The notes: generated by a model from the sequence alone, not told the origin. A stretch of 64,000 bases of DNA from Burkholderiaceae bacterium (GCA_035720945.1 DASTNK010000058.1:1148-65147), one strand, 5' to 3'. Positions 43,420-53,193 are shown, counted from the first letter of the stretch. Translations and numbers: made by a program.

Positions 43420-44324
43420 ACCGCTGGCTCAGGCAACACCGCTATGCGGCCATGGCCGCCGTGCGCCGCCTGTTGGCGCACCCATTCTCTTCCCTGGCCA
43501 ACCTGCTGGTCATCGCCCTGACACTGGCCATCCCCATCATCGCCGCGTCCATTCTGGCCTCGGCGCAACCCGTGGCCAGACAGATATCAGTGTCGCCCGA
43601 GATCACCTTGTTCATGAAGCCCGGCGCGCCGGCCAGCGCCGCCACACAGGCCGCCGCGCGCATCCGCAAGCAAGCTCCGTCCGCGATCCGCGACGTGCGC
43701 ATCGTTCCGCGTCAGCAAGCCCTGGCGCGCCTCAAAGCCGACCCGGCGTGGGCCGACGCGCTGGCCGCCCTGCCAGACAACCCATTGCCCGACGCCGTGA
43801 TCGTGACCCTGGACAACGGTCCCGATCTGGCGTCGCATGCGGGCAAGCTGGCGGAACAATGGAAACAATGGGATGGCGTCGGCCACGTCCAGCTCGACAG
43901 TGACTGGGTGCGCCGACTGGAAGCCATGCTCGGCTTTCTGCGTGTCGGCCTGGCGGTGCTGGCGTTGGGCGTGGCGCTGGTGGTGCTGGCCACGGTCTTC
44001 AACACCGTGCGCCTGCAGGCGCTGATGCAGCGTGAGGAAATCGGCGCTGCCCGCCTGGTGGGCGCGACCGAAGCGTTCGTGCGACGTCCATTCTTGTATC
44101 TGGGTGCACTGACGGGTGTCGTCGCCAGCGTGGTGGCCATCGGCCTGTCCGCCATCGCGCTGCATCCGCTCAATGCGGCCCTGGCACGCCTGGGTCAGAG
44201 CTACGGCACCCAATTGTCCCTGCATCTGCCGAGCAGCGTGAACCTGGTGCTCGCGGTCGTCGTGGTCGCCATTCTGGCCGCACTGTCGGCGCGCTGGTCG
44301 GTCACGCGCAACACCCGTTTCTGA
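43416..44324 (+). CDS. ftsX: Cell-division permease-like protein FtsX
   Basis: ATGA-coupled to ftsE. One TM, a periplasmic domain, then three C-terminal TMs. Typical FtsX size (302 aa). Confidence 0.85.
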   Translation: MNRWLRQHRYAAMAAVRRLLAHPFSSLANLLVIALTLAIPIIAASILASAQPVARQISVSPEITLFMKPGAPASAATQAAARIRKQAPSAIRDVRIVPRQQALARLKADPAWADALAALPDNPLPDAVIVTLDNGPDLASHAGKLAEQWKQWDGVGHVQLDSDWVRRLEAMLGFLRVGLAVLALGVALVVLATVFNTVRLQALMQREEIGAARLVGATEAFVRRPFLYLGALTGVVASVVAIGLSAIALHPLNAALARLGQSYGTQLSLHLPSSVNLVLAVVVVAILAALSARWSVTRNTRF

Positions 44325-44326
44325 AC

Positions 44327-45391
44327 ATGCTGAACCCGGTGCCGGATACCGCGAACCTCGCGTCGCGCATCGTCCGATGGCAACGACAATCGGGCCGGCA
44401 CGACCTGCCCTGGCAAGGCACGCGCGACCCGTACCGCATCTGGCTCTCGGAGATCATGCTGCAACAGACGCAGGTCACCACTGTCATCGGTTACTACCAA
44501 CGGTTCCTGCGGCGCTTTCCCGATGTGGCGACCCTGGCGGCATCCACCGAGGACGAGGTCATGCCCTACTGGGCCGGGCTGGGTTACTACGCCCGCGCGC
44601 GCAACCTTCACCGCTGCGCCCGCGTTGTCGTGACAGACTGGAATGGCAAGTTCCCCCCCGACGCAACCGAGATCAGCCAACTGCCAGGCATCGGACGATC
44701 CACCGCGGCGGCCATCGCCGCGTTCGCATTCGGTGCCCGACGCCCCATCCTGGATGGCAACGTCAAACGCGTCTTCACGCGTTACTTCGGCATAGAAGGC
44801 GATCCCGGCCAACGCGCCATCGAAACCAGCCTATGGGCTCTGGCCGAAGACGTCGTCGCGAACGCGCCGCCCGACCTGGACATGCCCGCCTACACGCAGG
44901 GGCTGATGGATCTTGGCGCCACATTGTGCACGCGCGCCCGCCCAGGGTGCGACAACTGCCCTCTCGCCACGGATTGCTATGCCCGGCGCACCGCGCGACA
45001 GGGTGATTTTCCCAACCGAAAAACCCGTAAAGCCCGCCCTGAGCGTCATTGCCGAATGCTGGTTCTGGAGAGTGGCGGGAAAATACTGCTCGAACGTCGG
45101 CCCGCACCCGGCATCTGGGGCGGCCTGTGGTGCCTGCCGCAGTATGACGAGCCGGGCGATCTGACGGTGGCGCTATCCCGTTGGGGACTGGACAAGAGTC
45201 AGGCCCGCCCCCTGGAGCCAATCAAGCACGACTTCACGCATTTCCGCCTGCACATCGAGCCATGGCTGGCCCACACGGCCAACGCCGCCCTGGCCGAACC
45301 CGTCGCCACGCAAAACTGGGTGGCCGCCGGCGACCTGGACGCCACCGCCCTTCCCGCTCCCGTCAAAAAACTGTTGGCCCGGCTTTTCTAG
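44327..45391 (+). CDS. mutY: A/G-specific adenine DNA glycosylase
   Basis: HDLPWQGTRDPYRIWLSEIMLQQTQV, the HhH motif LPGIGRSTAAAI, the 4Fe-4S loop CTRARPGCDNCPLATDC, and a C-terminal NUDIX-like domain. Confidence 0.9.
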   Translation: MLNPVPDTANLASRIVRWQRQSGRHDLPWQGTRDPYRIWLSEIMLQQTQVTTVIGYYQRFLRRFPDVATLAASTEDEVMPYWAGLGYYARARNLHRCARVVVTDWNGKFPPDATEISQLPGIGRSTAAAIAAFAFGARRPILDGNVKRVFTRYFGIEGDPGQRAIETSLWALAEDVVANAPPDLDMPAYTQGLMDLGATLCTRARPGCDNCPLATDCYARRTARQGDFPNRKTRKARPERHCRMLVLESGGKILLERRPAPGIWGGLWCLPQYDEPGDLTVALSRWGLDKSQARPLEPIKHDFTHFRLHIEPWLAHTANAALAEPVATQNWVAAGDLDATALPAPVKKLLARLF

Positions 45392-45663
45392 CGACTTTCG
45401 GTCGTCGAAATGGATGTTGCATCGAACACCAGCAGTGCTGCAGATTGAACCGTTTGAGCGGCTCTGGTCGACGGAGGTTCTATTCTATTAACCCGCCCCA
45501 GGATGGGGGGAGTATGCATGGACGGATATTGCTGGCGTTGTGGACGATTGGGCACTTCGAGGCCCACGTGGCAACTTGATGCCTAAGCGGTAATTCAAGA
45601 CATCCGCGACGTCATTCTCTTTGCCCGAAACAGGCTTGCCGACCCCTTCACATGCCATCAACG

Positions 45664-45873
45664 CGAGCTGTCTATCGGGGCCAGGGGTGGGCCCGGTGTA
45701 AGGCGTGCGCCGGATCTGGCTTGGCCGGGCGGGGGCAGTCGTCGGGCGACTGTTTGAGCGGAGTCGCGTCGGAACGGCGCGGCGGAGCGAGTTTCGCCCG
45801 GCGCCCGCCTGGACGAGACAGATTCGGATGAAGCACGCCGTGCCGGGCACGCCCCTGGCCCCGATAGACAGCG
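45664..45873. repeat. 210-bp rod-like imperfect palindrome (MITE-like element or structured RNA) flanked by TCAACG direct repeats
   Basis: Perfect 21-nt inverted arms at 45667-87 and 45852-72. Further complementary blocks are 45691-96/45843-48, 45702-08/45833-39, 45711-18/45819-26 and 45725-33/45804-12. TCAACG occurs at 45658-63 and 45874-79. The structure is seen directly; the function is unknown. Confidence 0.5.
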
Positions 45874-45950
45874 TCAACGAAAGAAAGAATAAACGACGCC
45901 AAAGAGATAAGACAGCGCCAACGAAATAAGCGGTTCCAAAGACAGACAGT

Positions 45951-45995
45951 CCCAAAGAATTCGGGCCACCATCAATCAGTGATGGCGGCCCGAAT
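45951..45995 (-). terminator. Rho-independent terminator of gltA
   Basis: A 16-bp stem, ATTCGGGCCACCATCA (45959-74) pairing with TGATGGCGGCCCGAAT (45980-95). The single mismatch is a G-U on the minus-strand transcript. It is followed on the minus strand by TTCTTTGGG. Confidence 0.6.
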
Positions 45996-46071
45996 CAGGA
46001 CTATTTCAAGCCAACTTCAGCCGGCATGGGGACGAGCCCTTTTGCCCTGGTGCGGCGTGGGAAGCCAGCTA

Positions 46072-47370
46072 TTACCGCTTCACGTCACGCACCACACTAC
46101 CCGTGTACAACTGGCGCGGACGGCCGATCTTGTAGTTGGGATCGGACAGCATTTCGCTCCATTGGGCAATCCAGCCCACCGTGCGGGCCAGCGCGAAGAT
46201 GGCCGTGAACAGGGACGTGGGGATGCCGATGGCGCGCTGCACGATGCCGGAATAGAAGTCGACATTGGGATACAGCTTGCGTTCGACGAAGTACTCGTCT
46301 TCCAGCGCGATGCGTTCGAGTTCCATGGCCAGCTTGAACAACGGGTCTTTTTCCAGGCCCAGCGCAGACAGCACCTCCTTGCAGGTCTGCTGCATGAGCT
46401 TGGCGCGCGGGTCGTAGTTCTTGTAGACACGATGACCAAAGCCCATGAGGCGGACACCCGAGTTCTTGTCCTTGACCTGCTCCATGAACTCGCCGACCTT
46501 CTCGATGCCGCCATTGGCCTGCAGGTGTTCGAGCATCTGCAGGCAGGCTTCGTTGGCGCCGCCATGCGCCGGTCCCCACAGGCAGGCCACCCCGGCCGCG
46601 ATGGCCGCGAACGGATTGGTGCCCGACGAGCCGCACAGCCGCACCGTGGAGGTGGACGCGTTCTGCTCGTGGTCGGCGTGCAGAATGAAGATACGGTCCA
46701 GCGCGCGCTCGACCACTTCATTCACGTGATATTCCTCGCAGGGCGTGGCGAACATCATGCGCAGGAAGTTGCCGGTGTAGGAAAGATCGTTCTTGGGATA
46801 GATATACGGCTGGCCCACCGAGTGCTTGTACGCCATGGCTACCAACGTGGGCATCTTGGCGATGAGCCGTATGGCGGATACGTCGCGATGATGCGGGTTG
46901 GTGATGTCGGTGGAGTCGTGGTAGAAGGCCGACAGCGCCCCGACCAGACCCGTGAGCACAGCCATGGGGTGTGCATCGCGGCGGAAGCCGCGCAGAAACA
47001 CGTGGATCTGCTCGTTGACCATGGTGTGATGCGTGACCAGCGAGTCGAAATCCTTCTTCTGCTGCCCACCCGGCAGATCGCCATTCAGGATGAGGTAGCA
47101 GATATCCAGGAAGTCACATTTCTGGGCCAGCTGGTCGATGGGGTAGCCACGGTACAGCAATTGGCCTTTGTCGCCGTCGATGTACGTGATGCCCGATTCG
47201 CAGGCCGCCGTGGACAGGAACCCCGGGTCGTACGTGAACATGCCCGCCTGGCTGTAGAGCTTGCGGATATCGACGACATCGGGCCCTATGGTTCCCTGAT
47301 AGACGGGGAATTCAATGGAGGGGCTGCCGTCCGAAAAAGACAGTGTGGCTTTGTTGTCTGATAGTTGCAT
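46072..47370 (-). CDS. gltA: Citrate synthase (type II)
   Basis: 432 aa. [33 protein letters not shown], and [14 protein letters not shown]. Confidence 0.95.
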   Translation of the reverse strand: MQLSDNKATLSFSDGSPSIEFPVYQGTIGPDVVDIRKLYSQAGMFTYDPGFLSTAACESGITYIDGDKGQLLYRGYPIDQLAQKCDFLDICYLILNGDLPGGQQKKDFDSLVTHHTMVNEQIHVFLRGFRRDAHPMAVLTGLVGALSAFYHDSTDITNPHHRDVSAIRLIAKMPTLVAMAYKHSVGQPYIYPKNDLSYTGNFLRMMFATPCEEYHVNEVVERALDRIFILHADHEQNASTSTVRLCGSSGTNPFAAIAAGVACLWGPAHGGANEACLQMLEHLQANGGIEKVGEFMEQVKDKNSGVRLMGFGHRVYKNYDPRAKLMQQTCKEVLSALGLEKDPLFKLAMELERIALEDEYFVERKLYPNVDFYSGIVQRAIGIPTSLFTAIFALARTVGWIAQWSEMLSDPNYKIGRPRQLYTGSVVRDVKR

Positions 47371-47387
47371 CGCAATTCCTCAAAAAA

Positions 47388-47648
47388 TCACAGCGCCCGC
47401 ATTTGTCCGATCAGGCGACGGATGTCAGGGGTGTCGTAACACCCTTGCGGCTCCGCCCTGGCCAGCAGTATGTCGAGCAAATCGTTATCACCCATCTCGA
47501 ACAACAGAGTCAACGCGGAGACGTCGACGTCGGTGAGGTGGGCTTCGTACTGATCCAGAAATCGGGTGAGAATCAGGTCGTTTTCCAGCAAACCCCGACG
47601 GGCTCTCCAGCGCAAACGCGCGCGATCGAGGTCGGACAGTGGCTTCAT
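47388..47648 (-). CDS. sdhE: FAD assembly factor SdhE (YgfY/DUF339)
   Basis: 86 aa. RLRWRARRGLLENDLIL and the DNDLLD pattern. Located between sdhB and gltA. Confidence 0.85.
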   Translation of the reverse strand: MKPLSDLDRARLRWRARRGLLENDLILTRFLDQYEAHLTDVDVSALTLLFEMGDNDLLDILLARAEPQGCYDTPDIRRLIGQMRAL

Positions 47649-47667
47649 TGAAGACGCCTCGTGTGAT

Positions 47668-48384
47668 CTACAGGCTGCGGCGCGCCAGCATCTCTTTGAT
47701 CTTGCCGATGGCGTGTGAGGGGTTCAACCCCTTCGGACAGACGTCGGCGCAGTTCATGATGGTGTGGCAACGGAACAGCCTATAGGGATCGTCCAGATTG
47801 TCTAGACGCTCGTTGGTGGCCTCATCGCGTGAATCGGCGATGAAGCGGTAAGCCTGCAGCAACCCGGCCGGCCCGACGAATTTGTCGGGATTCCACCAGA
47901 ACGACGGGCACGACGTGGAACAGCAGGCGCACAGAATGCATTCGTACAGGCCGTTGAGCTCTTCGCGCGCTTCCGGCGTTTGCAGACGCTCACGCTCGGG
48001 CGGCGGCTGATCGTTGATCAGGAACGGCTTGATCGAATGGTACTGATTGTAGAAGTCGGTCATGTCGACGACCAGATCGCGCACCACCGGAAGCCCCGGA
48101 AGTGGGCGCAGCACGATGGGTTCCTTCAGTTCGAGCAGATTGGTCGTGCACGCCAGCCCGTTTTTGCCATTGATGTTCATGGCATCGGAACCACAGACCC
48201 CCTCGCGGCAGGAGCGGCGCAGTGTAAGGCTGTCGTCGACATCGTTCTTGATGCGCAGGATGGCATCGAGCAGCATTTTGTCGCCGGGATGCAGCTCGAC
48301 ATCGAGCTTCTGCATGTAGGGGCGCTCGTCCTTGTCGGGATCGTAGCGGTAGATTTCAAACTTCACGATGCGTTTTTCACTCAT
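47668..48384 (-). CDS. sdhB: Succinate dehydrogenase iron-sulfur subunit
   Basis: CREGVCGSDAMNINGKNGLAC, CILCACCSTSCP, and CHTIMNCADVCPKGLNP cluster ligands. Confidence 0.95.
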   Translation of the reverse strand: MSEKRIVKFEIYRYDPDKDERPYMQKLDVELHPGDKMLLDAILRIKNDVDDSLTLRRSCREGVCGSDAMNINGKNGLACTTNLLELKEPIVLRPLPGLPVVRDLVVDMTDFYNQYHSIKPFLINDQPPPERERLQTPEAREELNGLYECILCACCSTSCPSFWWNPDKFVGPAGLLQAYRFIADSRDEATNERLDNLDDPYRLFRCHTIMNCADVCPKGLNPSHAIGKIKEMLARRSL

Positions 48385-48397
48385 TTCGATATCCTGC

Positions 48398-50176
48398 TTA
48401 GAAGGTCCGGGCTTTCGGCGGGAAGCTGTCGACCGACAGAGGTTTCAATTCAACGGGCTTGTAGTCGAGGCGACGGCCTTCGGAGAACCACAGCGTGTGC
48501 CGCAGCCATTCCTTGTCGTCGCGTTCCGGGTATTCCTTGAGTGAGTGGGCGCCACGGCTTTCGTGGCGACTGGCGGCCGACTTGGTCGTGGCCAGCGCGA
48601 CCTCGATCATGTTGGTGAGCTCCAGTGCCTCGCAACGCGCGGTATTGAATACCTTGGACTTGTCTTTGAACGAAACGTTCGCCACGCGCGCCGCAAGATT
48701 TTCGATTTGCTCGACTCCCTCATTTAGGAGATCCTGTGAACGGAACACACCGCAATGGTGCTGCATGGACACACGGATGGCGTTGCCGACATCGGAGACC
48801 GTTTCATCGGACTTGCGGTTCTCCAGCGCATCGACGCGTTCCAGCGAATGGTCGATGGACGACTGTGGAATCGGCTGATGCATGTGCTGGCGCTCGGGAT
48901 GCGAGGCCACGATGTGGTTGCCGGCCGCGCGGCCGAACACCACCAGGTCGAGTAACGAGTTCGTGCCGAGGCGGTTGGCGCCGTGCACCGATACCGCGGC
49001 GCATTCGCCAATGGCGTACAGACCGTTGACAACCTTGTTTTGGCCGTTGGCGTAATTCAGCACCTGGCCCTGGACGTTGGCGGGTATGCCACCCATCTGG
49101 TAATGGATGGTCGGCACCACCGGAATGGGTTCCTTGATGGGGTCGACGTTGGCGAACTTGATGGCGATTTCGCGAATGGAGGGCAGGCGTTTCTTGATGG
49201 TGTCCGCGCCCAGATGATCTAGTTTCAGCAGGATGTGGTCCTTGTTGGCGCCGCAACCCCGCCCTTCCTTGATTTCCTGGTCCATGGAACGGGACACGAA
49301 GTCGCGTGGCGCCAAGTCTTTGAGCGTGGGCGCGTAGCGTTCCATGAAGCGCTCGCCATCCTTGTTGAGCAGGATGCCACCTTCGCCACGCACCCCTTCG
49401 GTGATGAGCACCCCGGCACCCGCCACGCCAGTGGGGTGGAACTGCCAGAACTCCATGTCTTGCAGAGGCAGATCGGCGCGCGCCGCCATGCCCAGGCCAT
49501 CGCCGGTATTGATGTAGGCATTGGTGGTGGCGGCCCAGATACGGCCCGCGCCGCCCGTGGCCAGCACCGTGGTCTTGGCCTCGAGCACGTAGATGTCGCC
49601 GGTTTCCATTTCCAGGGCGGTGACACCCAGAACATCGCCGGCCTCGTTGCGCAGCAGGTCGAGCGCCATCCATTCGACGAAGAACTGGGTGCGCGCCGCC
49701 ACGTTGCGCTGATAGAGCGTGTGCAACAGGGCGTGGCCGGTGCGGTCAGCCGCGGCACAGGCGCGCTGCACCGGTTTTTCGCCGAAATTGGCGGTGTGGC
49801 CGCCAAAAGGCCGTTGATAAATGGTGCCGTCGGGATTGCGGTCGAACGGCATGCCGTAGTGTTCGAGTTCGTAGACGGCGTTGGGTGCTTCGCGGCACAT
49901 GAACTCGATGGCGTCCTGGTCACCGAGCCAGTCGGAGCCCTTGACGGTGTCGTACATGTGCCAGTACCAGTTGTCCTGGCTCATGTTGGACAGCGAGGCG
50001 CTGATGCCTCCCTGCGCCGCCACCGTGTGCGAACGTGTGGGAAACACCTTGGAGAGCACCGCCACCGACAGCCCCGCCTGGGCCAATTGCAGTGAACAGC
50101 GCATGCCGGCCCCGCCGGCACCCACGACGACGACATCGAATCGGCGGTGGGGGATGGATTTTTTGACAGCGGCCAC
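48398..50176 (-). CDS. sdhA: Succinate dehydrogenase flavoprotein subunit
   Basis: FDVVVVGAGGAGMR, RSHTVAAQGG (the covalent FAD His), HPTG, and GANRLGTNSLLD. Confidence 0.95.
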   Translation of the reverse strand: MAAVKKSIPHRRFDVVVVGAGGAGMRCSLQLAQAGLSVAVLSKVFPTRSHTVAAQGGISASLSNMSQDNWYWHMYDTVKGSDWLGDQDAIEFMCREAPNAVYELEHYGMPFDRNPDGTIYQRPFGGHTANFGEKPVQRACAAADRTGHALLHTLYQRNVAARTQFFVEWMALDLLRNEAGDVLGVTALEMETGDIYVLEAKTTVLATGGAGRIWAATTNAYINTGDGLGMAARADLPLQDMEFWQFHPTGVAGAGVLITEGVRGEGGILLNKDGERFMERYAPTLKDLAPRDFVSRSMDQEIKEGRGCGANKDHILLKLDHLGADTIKKRLPSIREIAIKFANVDPIKEPIPVVPTIHYQMGGIPANVQGQVLNYANGQNKVVNGLYAIGECAAVSVHGANRLGTNSLLDLVVFGRAAGNHIVASHPERQHMHQPIPQSSIDHSLERVDALENRKSDETVSDVGNAIRVSMQHHCGVFRSQDLLNEGVEQIENLAARVANVSFKDKSKVFNTARCEALELTNMIEVALATTKSAASRHESRGAHSLKEYPERDDKEWLRHTLWFSEGRRLDYKPVELKPLSVDSFPPKARTF

Positions 50177-50179
50177 GGT

Positions 50180-50563
50180 TTACAAGCTCCAGAGAATATT
50201 TAGGAAGTACACGACTGTGCCCACCAACCATAGAATGGTCAGGACATACAGCAACAGGCGCACGCCCGTTGGCTTGACGTAGTCCATCCAGATGTCGCGC
50301 ACACCGATCCAGGCATGCCACGCCAGCGACAGGAACGCCAGCGAAGCCAGGATCTGCCCCATGGGCAGCCCGATACAGTGGAAAGAGAACAGATTTCGCC
50401 AACCGGCGAAATCAAGGTTCGACGTGAAGATGAGGCCAATGCAGAGGACGACGGTGTAGACCGCCATGATGACCGCGGTGACGCGCTGGACGATGAAATC
50501 GCGTGCGCCGTAGTGCGCGCCCACCAGGAGGCGCTTGGTACCGATACGTTCTTGAGTCGCCAT
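50180..50563 (-). CDS. sdhD: Succinate dehydrogenase hydrophobic membrane anchor subunit
   Basis: 127 aa with three TM segments, in the canonical sdhCDAB order. Confidence 0.85.
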   Translation of the reverse strand: MATQERIGTKRLLVGAHYGARDFIVQRVTAVIMAVYTVVLCIGLIFTSNLDFAGWRNLFSFHCIGLPMGQILASLAFLSLAWHAWIGVRDIWMDYVKPTGVRLLLYVLTILWLVGTVVYFLNILWSL

Positions 50564-50976
50564 TACCAGGCTCCGAATAGTTTGAGGCCGAAAATCACCG
50601 TCAGGGCCAGACTGACCCCGAACACCACGCCCGCGGTCTTCTGCGCCGTGATTTTGTCGTAACCAAGATGCAGGTCGATGGTGAGGTAGCGGATGCCGGC
50701 GCAGAAATGGTGCAGGAACGCCCAGATGAGGATGAGCAGAATGATCTTACAGACTGGGTGGGCGACCCATGCGTGCATGGCCGCGAAGCTTTCAGGCGAC
50801 GTGACGCTCAGCGCGAACAACGGCACGATCACCAGAGGCAGGCAAAGAAACAGCAACGCACCGCTGAGACGGTGCATGATGGATGATTTCCCTGCCAACG
50901 GCAGGCGGTAGCTCAGTATCTGCGAGATGCTGATGTTGCGATACTGCGGACGCGGCTTTGGCGCGGAATCGGACAT
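50563..50976 (-). CDS. sdhC: Succinate dehydrogenase cytochrome b556 subunit
   Basis: 137 aa. RPQYRNISISQILSYRLPL..IMHRLSG (SdhC signature). Three TMs. Confidence 0.85.
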   Translation of the reverse strand: MSDSAPKPRPQYRNISISQILSYRLPLAGKSSIMHRLSGALLFLCLPLVIVPLFALSVTSPESFAAMHAWVAHPVCKIILLILIWAFLHHFCAGIRYLTIDLHLGYDKITAQKTAGVVFGVSLALTVIFGLKLFGAW

Positions 50977-51076
50977 AATGGCCTCGAGGTGATGACAACA
51001 AATGATTTATTGCAAAGCAGTGCCGGTATTTTCGCCCAACAGGCGGTGTGTATCAAACCGACACGGAAAAAGACAG

Positions 51077-51847
51077 CTAGTTCAGACTGTTCCGGTAGTG
51101 GAACCGTTCCGTGACATACAACCCCCGGCGCACCTCGACCGGCCGGTCTCCATAGGTGTATGACAACCGCTCGACGAGCAGCAGCGGGCCGCCTGGCTCG
51201 ACTTCGAGCAGATCGGCCTGCTCGACCGTGGCAGGCACCGCCTTGATCTTTTCATCGGCGCGCACCATGCTGATTCCGAATTCGGATTCGAACAGCGCAT
51301 ACAGCGGCCCACGATAGCGGGCCAGAGATTCCGCGGTAAGCCCCCGAAACACCGACCCTGGCAGCCAGATGTCGTCGAGGATGGTGGGAATCTGATCAAA
51401 CGACAACAACCGCCGCAAATTCACGGCTGTGTCCGACGCACGCAGCTCCAGCAGGCTTGCGACGTCGGCGGGCGCCTTGAGGCGGCGGCAGTCGAGGATG
51501 CGACTGCCCGACACGGGCGGTTTGCCGTCGTCGGGGGTGAGACGCAGGAAACGGTACCGTACCTTCGCCTCGCTGTGCGTGGCGACGAACGTGCCCTTTC
51601 CCTGGCGCCGCAACAACAGATTTTCGGCGGCGAGTTCGTCAATGGCCTTGCGCACCGTGCCCTGGCTGACCTGGAACCGGCTGGCAAGTTCGAACTCACT
51701 GGGGATCGCCTCACCGGGCTTCCATTCCCCACGATCCAGGCTTTGCAACAACAGCCCCTTGATCTGCTGATACAACGGGCTGAACGCGGCGCTGTGCGCG
51801 CCGCGTTCGGGGGCGTTGGGCCGATCCGGCAGAGGGGCGTCAGGCAT
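51077..51847 (-). CDS. GntR-family (HutC/UTRA-type) transcriptional regulator
   Basis: Start at MPDAPL (ATG 51847). wHTH is PSEFELASRFQVSQGTVRKAIDELAAENLLLRRQGKGTFV. C-terminal UTRA-like effector domain. Sits between sdhC and mdh. Confidence 0.85.
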   Translation of the reverse strand: MPDAPLPDRPNAPERGAHSAAFSPLYQQIKGLLLQSLDRGEWKPGEAIPSEFELASRFQVSQGTVRKAIDELAAENLLLRRQGKGTFVATHSEAKVRYRFLRLTPDDGKPPVSGSRILDCRRLKAPADVASLLELRASDTAVNLRRLLSFDQIPTILDDIWLPGSVFRGLTAESLARYRGPLYALFESEFGISMVRADEKIKAVPATVEQADLLEVEPGGPLLLVERLSYTYGDRPVEVRRGLYVTERFHYRNSLN

Positions 51848-51935
51848 GGGGGGGGAGACTCGGGGGACGAGAAAAAACGACGGTTCGCATCCCATCTATT
51901 CTCGCATGCCAGGGGATTTCTGTCTAACAGTCTTG

Positions 51936-51958
51936 TGTCTTATATAAGATATAAGACA
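51936..51958. promoter_or_regulatory. Palindromic operator TGTCTTATAT-AAG-ATATAAGACA in the gntR/mdh divergent region
   Basis: Perfect 10-bp arms with a 3-nt spacer. It has the GT..AC flanks seen in GntR operators. 18 nt of it recur at 57349-57366. Confidence 0.5.
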
Positions 51959-52203
51959 ATTGACGCAAACGGAAATTTGCTCTACTCTTTCGCCGTCGCA
52001 CAGGGCCATGATTGCGGCACCGCACCAAGACGCTCAGCCGAGCGTTTCCAGTGGTCCCGTGGTGGCCTGACGTCGTATCGTGGCGCCTCCGGCATCCTGG
52101 TTGACACGATGAGCCACCGCCCGCCCAGGTCGCACCAAACGCATTACACTGCTCGTACTTGACATTCACCCCCTCCAATTCGCAACCTTACCGGAGATCA
52201 TCC

Positions 52204-53193
52204 ATGTCCAAACCCGCCATGCGCGTCGCCGTCACCGGCGCCGCGGGCCAGATCGGATACGCACTACTGTTTCGCATCGCCTCGGGCGAAATGCTCGGCA
52301 AAGACCAGCCCGTGATTCTCCAGCTTCTCGAGATTCCCGACGAAAAAGCCCAGAACGCGCTCAAGGGCGTGATGATGGAGCTCGACGACTGCGCCTTCCC
52401 GCTGCTGGTCGGCATGACCGCGCACAGCGACCCGCGCACGGCATTCAAGGACGCCGATGTCGCATTGCTGGTGGGCGCGCGCCCACGCAGCAAAGGCATG
52501 GAACGCAAGGATCTCCTGCAGGTCAACGCGCAGATCTTCACCGCCCAGGGCAAAGCGCTGAACGACGTCGCCAGCCGCAATGTCAAGGTGCTGGTGGTGG
52601 GCAATCCCGCCAACACCAACGCCTATATCGCCATGAAGTCCGCGCCCGATCTGCCGGCGAAGAACTTCACCGCCATGCTGCGCCTGGATCACAACCGCGC
52701 GTTGTCGCAACTCGCGGCCAAATCCGGCAAGCCGGTGGGCGACATCGAAAAACTCGTGGTCTGGGGCAACCACTCTCCCACCATGTACCCCGACATCCGC
52801 TTCGCGACGGTCGGCGGGCAGAGCCTGGCCAAACTCATCAACGACGACGCCTGGAACCGCGACACCTTCATTCCGACGGTGGGCAAGCGAGGCGCGGCCA
52901 TCATCGAGGCCCGCGGCCTGTCGTCGGCGGCCTCGGCCGCCAATGCCGCCATCGATCACGTTCACGACTGGCTGCTCGGCAGCAACGGCAAGTGGGTCAC
53001 CATGGGCGTGCCGTCCAACGGATCGTACGGTATTCCGGAAGGCATCGTGTACGGCGTTCCCGTCACCACCGTCAACGGCGAGTACACGCGTGTCGAAGGC
53101 CTGCAGATAGACACATTCTCGCGCGAGCGCATGGACTTCACGCTGAAGGAACTGCTGGAAGAGCGCGAAGGCGTCAAGGACCTGCTGGCCTGA
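52204..53193 (+). CDS. mdh: Malate dehydrogenase (LDH-like, NAD-dependent)
   Basis: [36 protein letters not shown], and RLDHNRA. Start at ATG 52204. Confidence 0.95.
   Translation: MSKPAMRVAVTGAAGQIGYALLFRIASGEMLGKDQPVILQLLEIPDEKAQNALKGVMMELDDCAFPLLVGMTAHSDPRTAFKDADVALLVGARPRSKGMERKDLLQVNAQIFTAQGKALNDVASRNVKVLVVGNPANTNAYIAMKSAPDLPAKNFTAMLRLDHNRALSQLAAKSGKPVGDIEKLVVWGNHSPTMYPDIRFATVGGQSLAKLINDDAWNRDTFIPTVGKRGAAIIEARGLSSAASAANAAIDHVHDWLLGSNGKWVTMGVPSNGSYGIPEGIVYGVPVTTVNGEYTRVEGLQIDTFSRERMDFTLKELLEEREGVKDLLA

Noticed and set aside
45452-45761. 10-mer GTTTGAGCGG repeated exactly 300 nt apart (45452-61 and 45752-61)
   Set aside because: The flanking similarity is weak. A single shared 10-mer is within chance expectation for a window of this size.
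45488-45955. 155-aa minus-strand ORF (and the 74-aa plus-strand ORF at 45705-45929) inside the mutY-gltA spacer
   Set aside because: Both run through the long palindromic element, so each is largely a mirror of the other. The sequences are low-complexity and Arg/Pro-rich, with no start context or motifs.
45979-47361. 460-aa plus-strand ORF
   Set aside because: It is antisense to citrate synthase (gltA).
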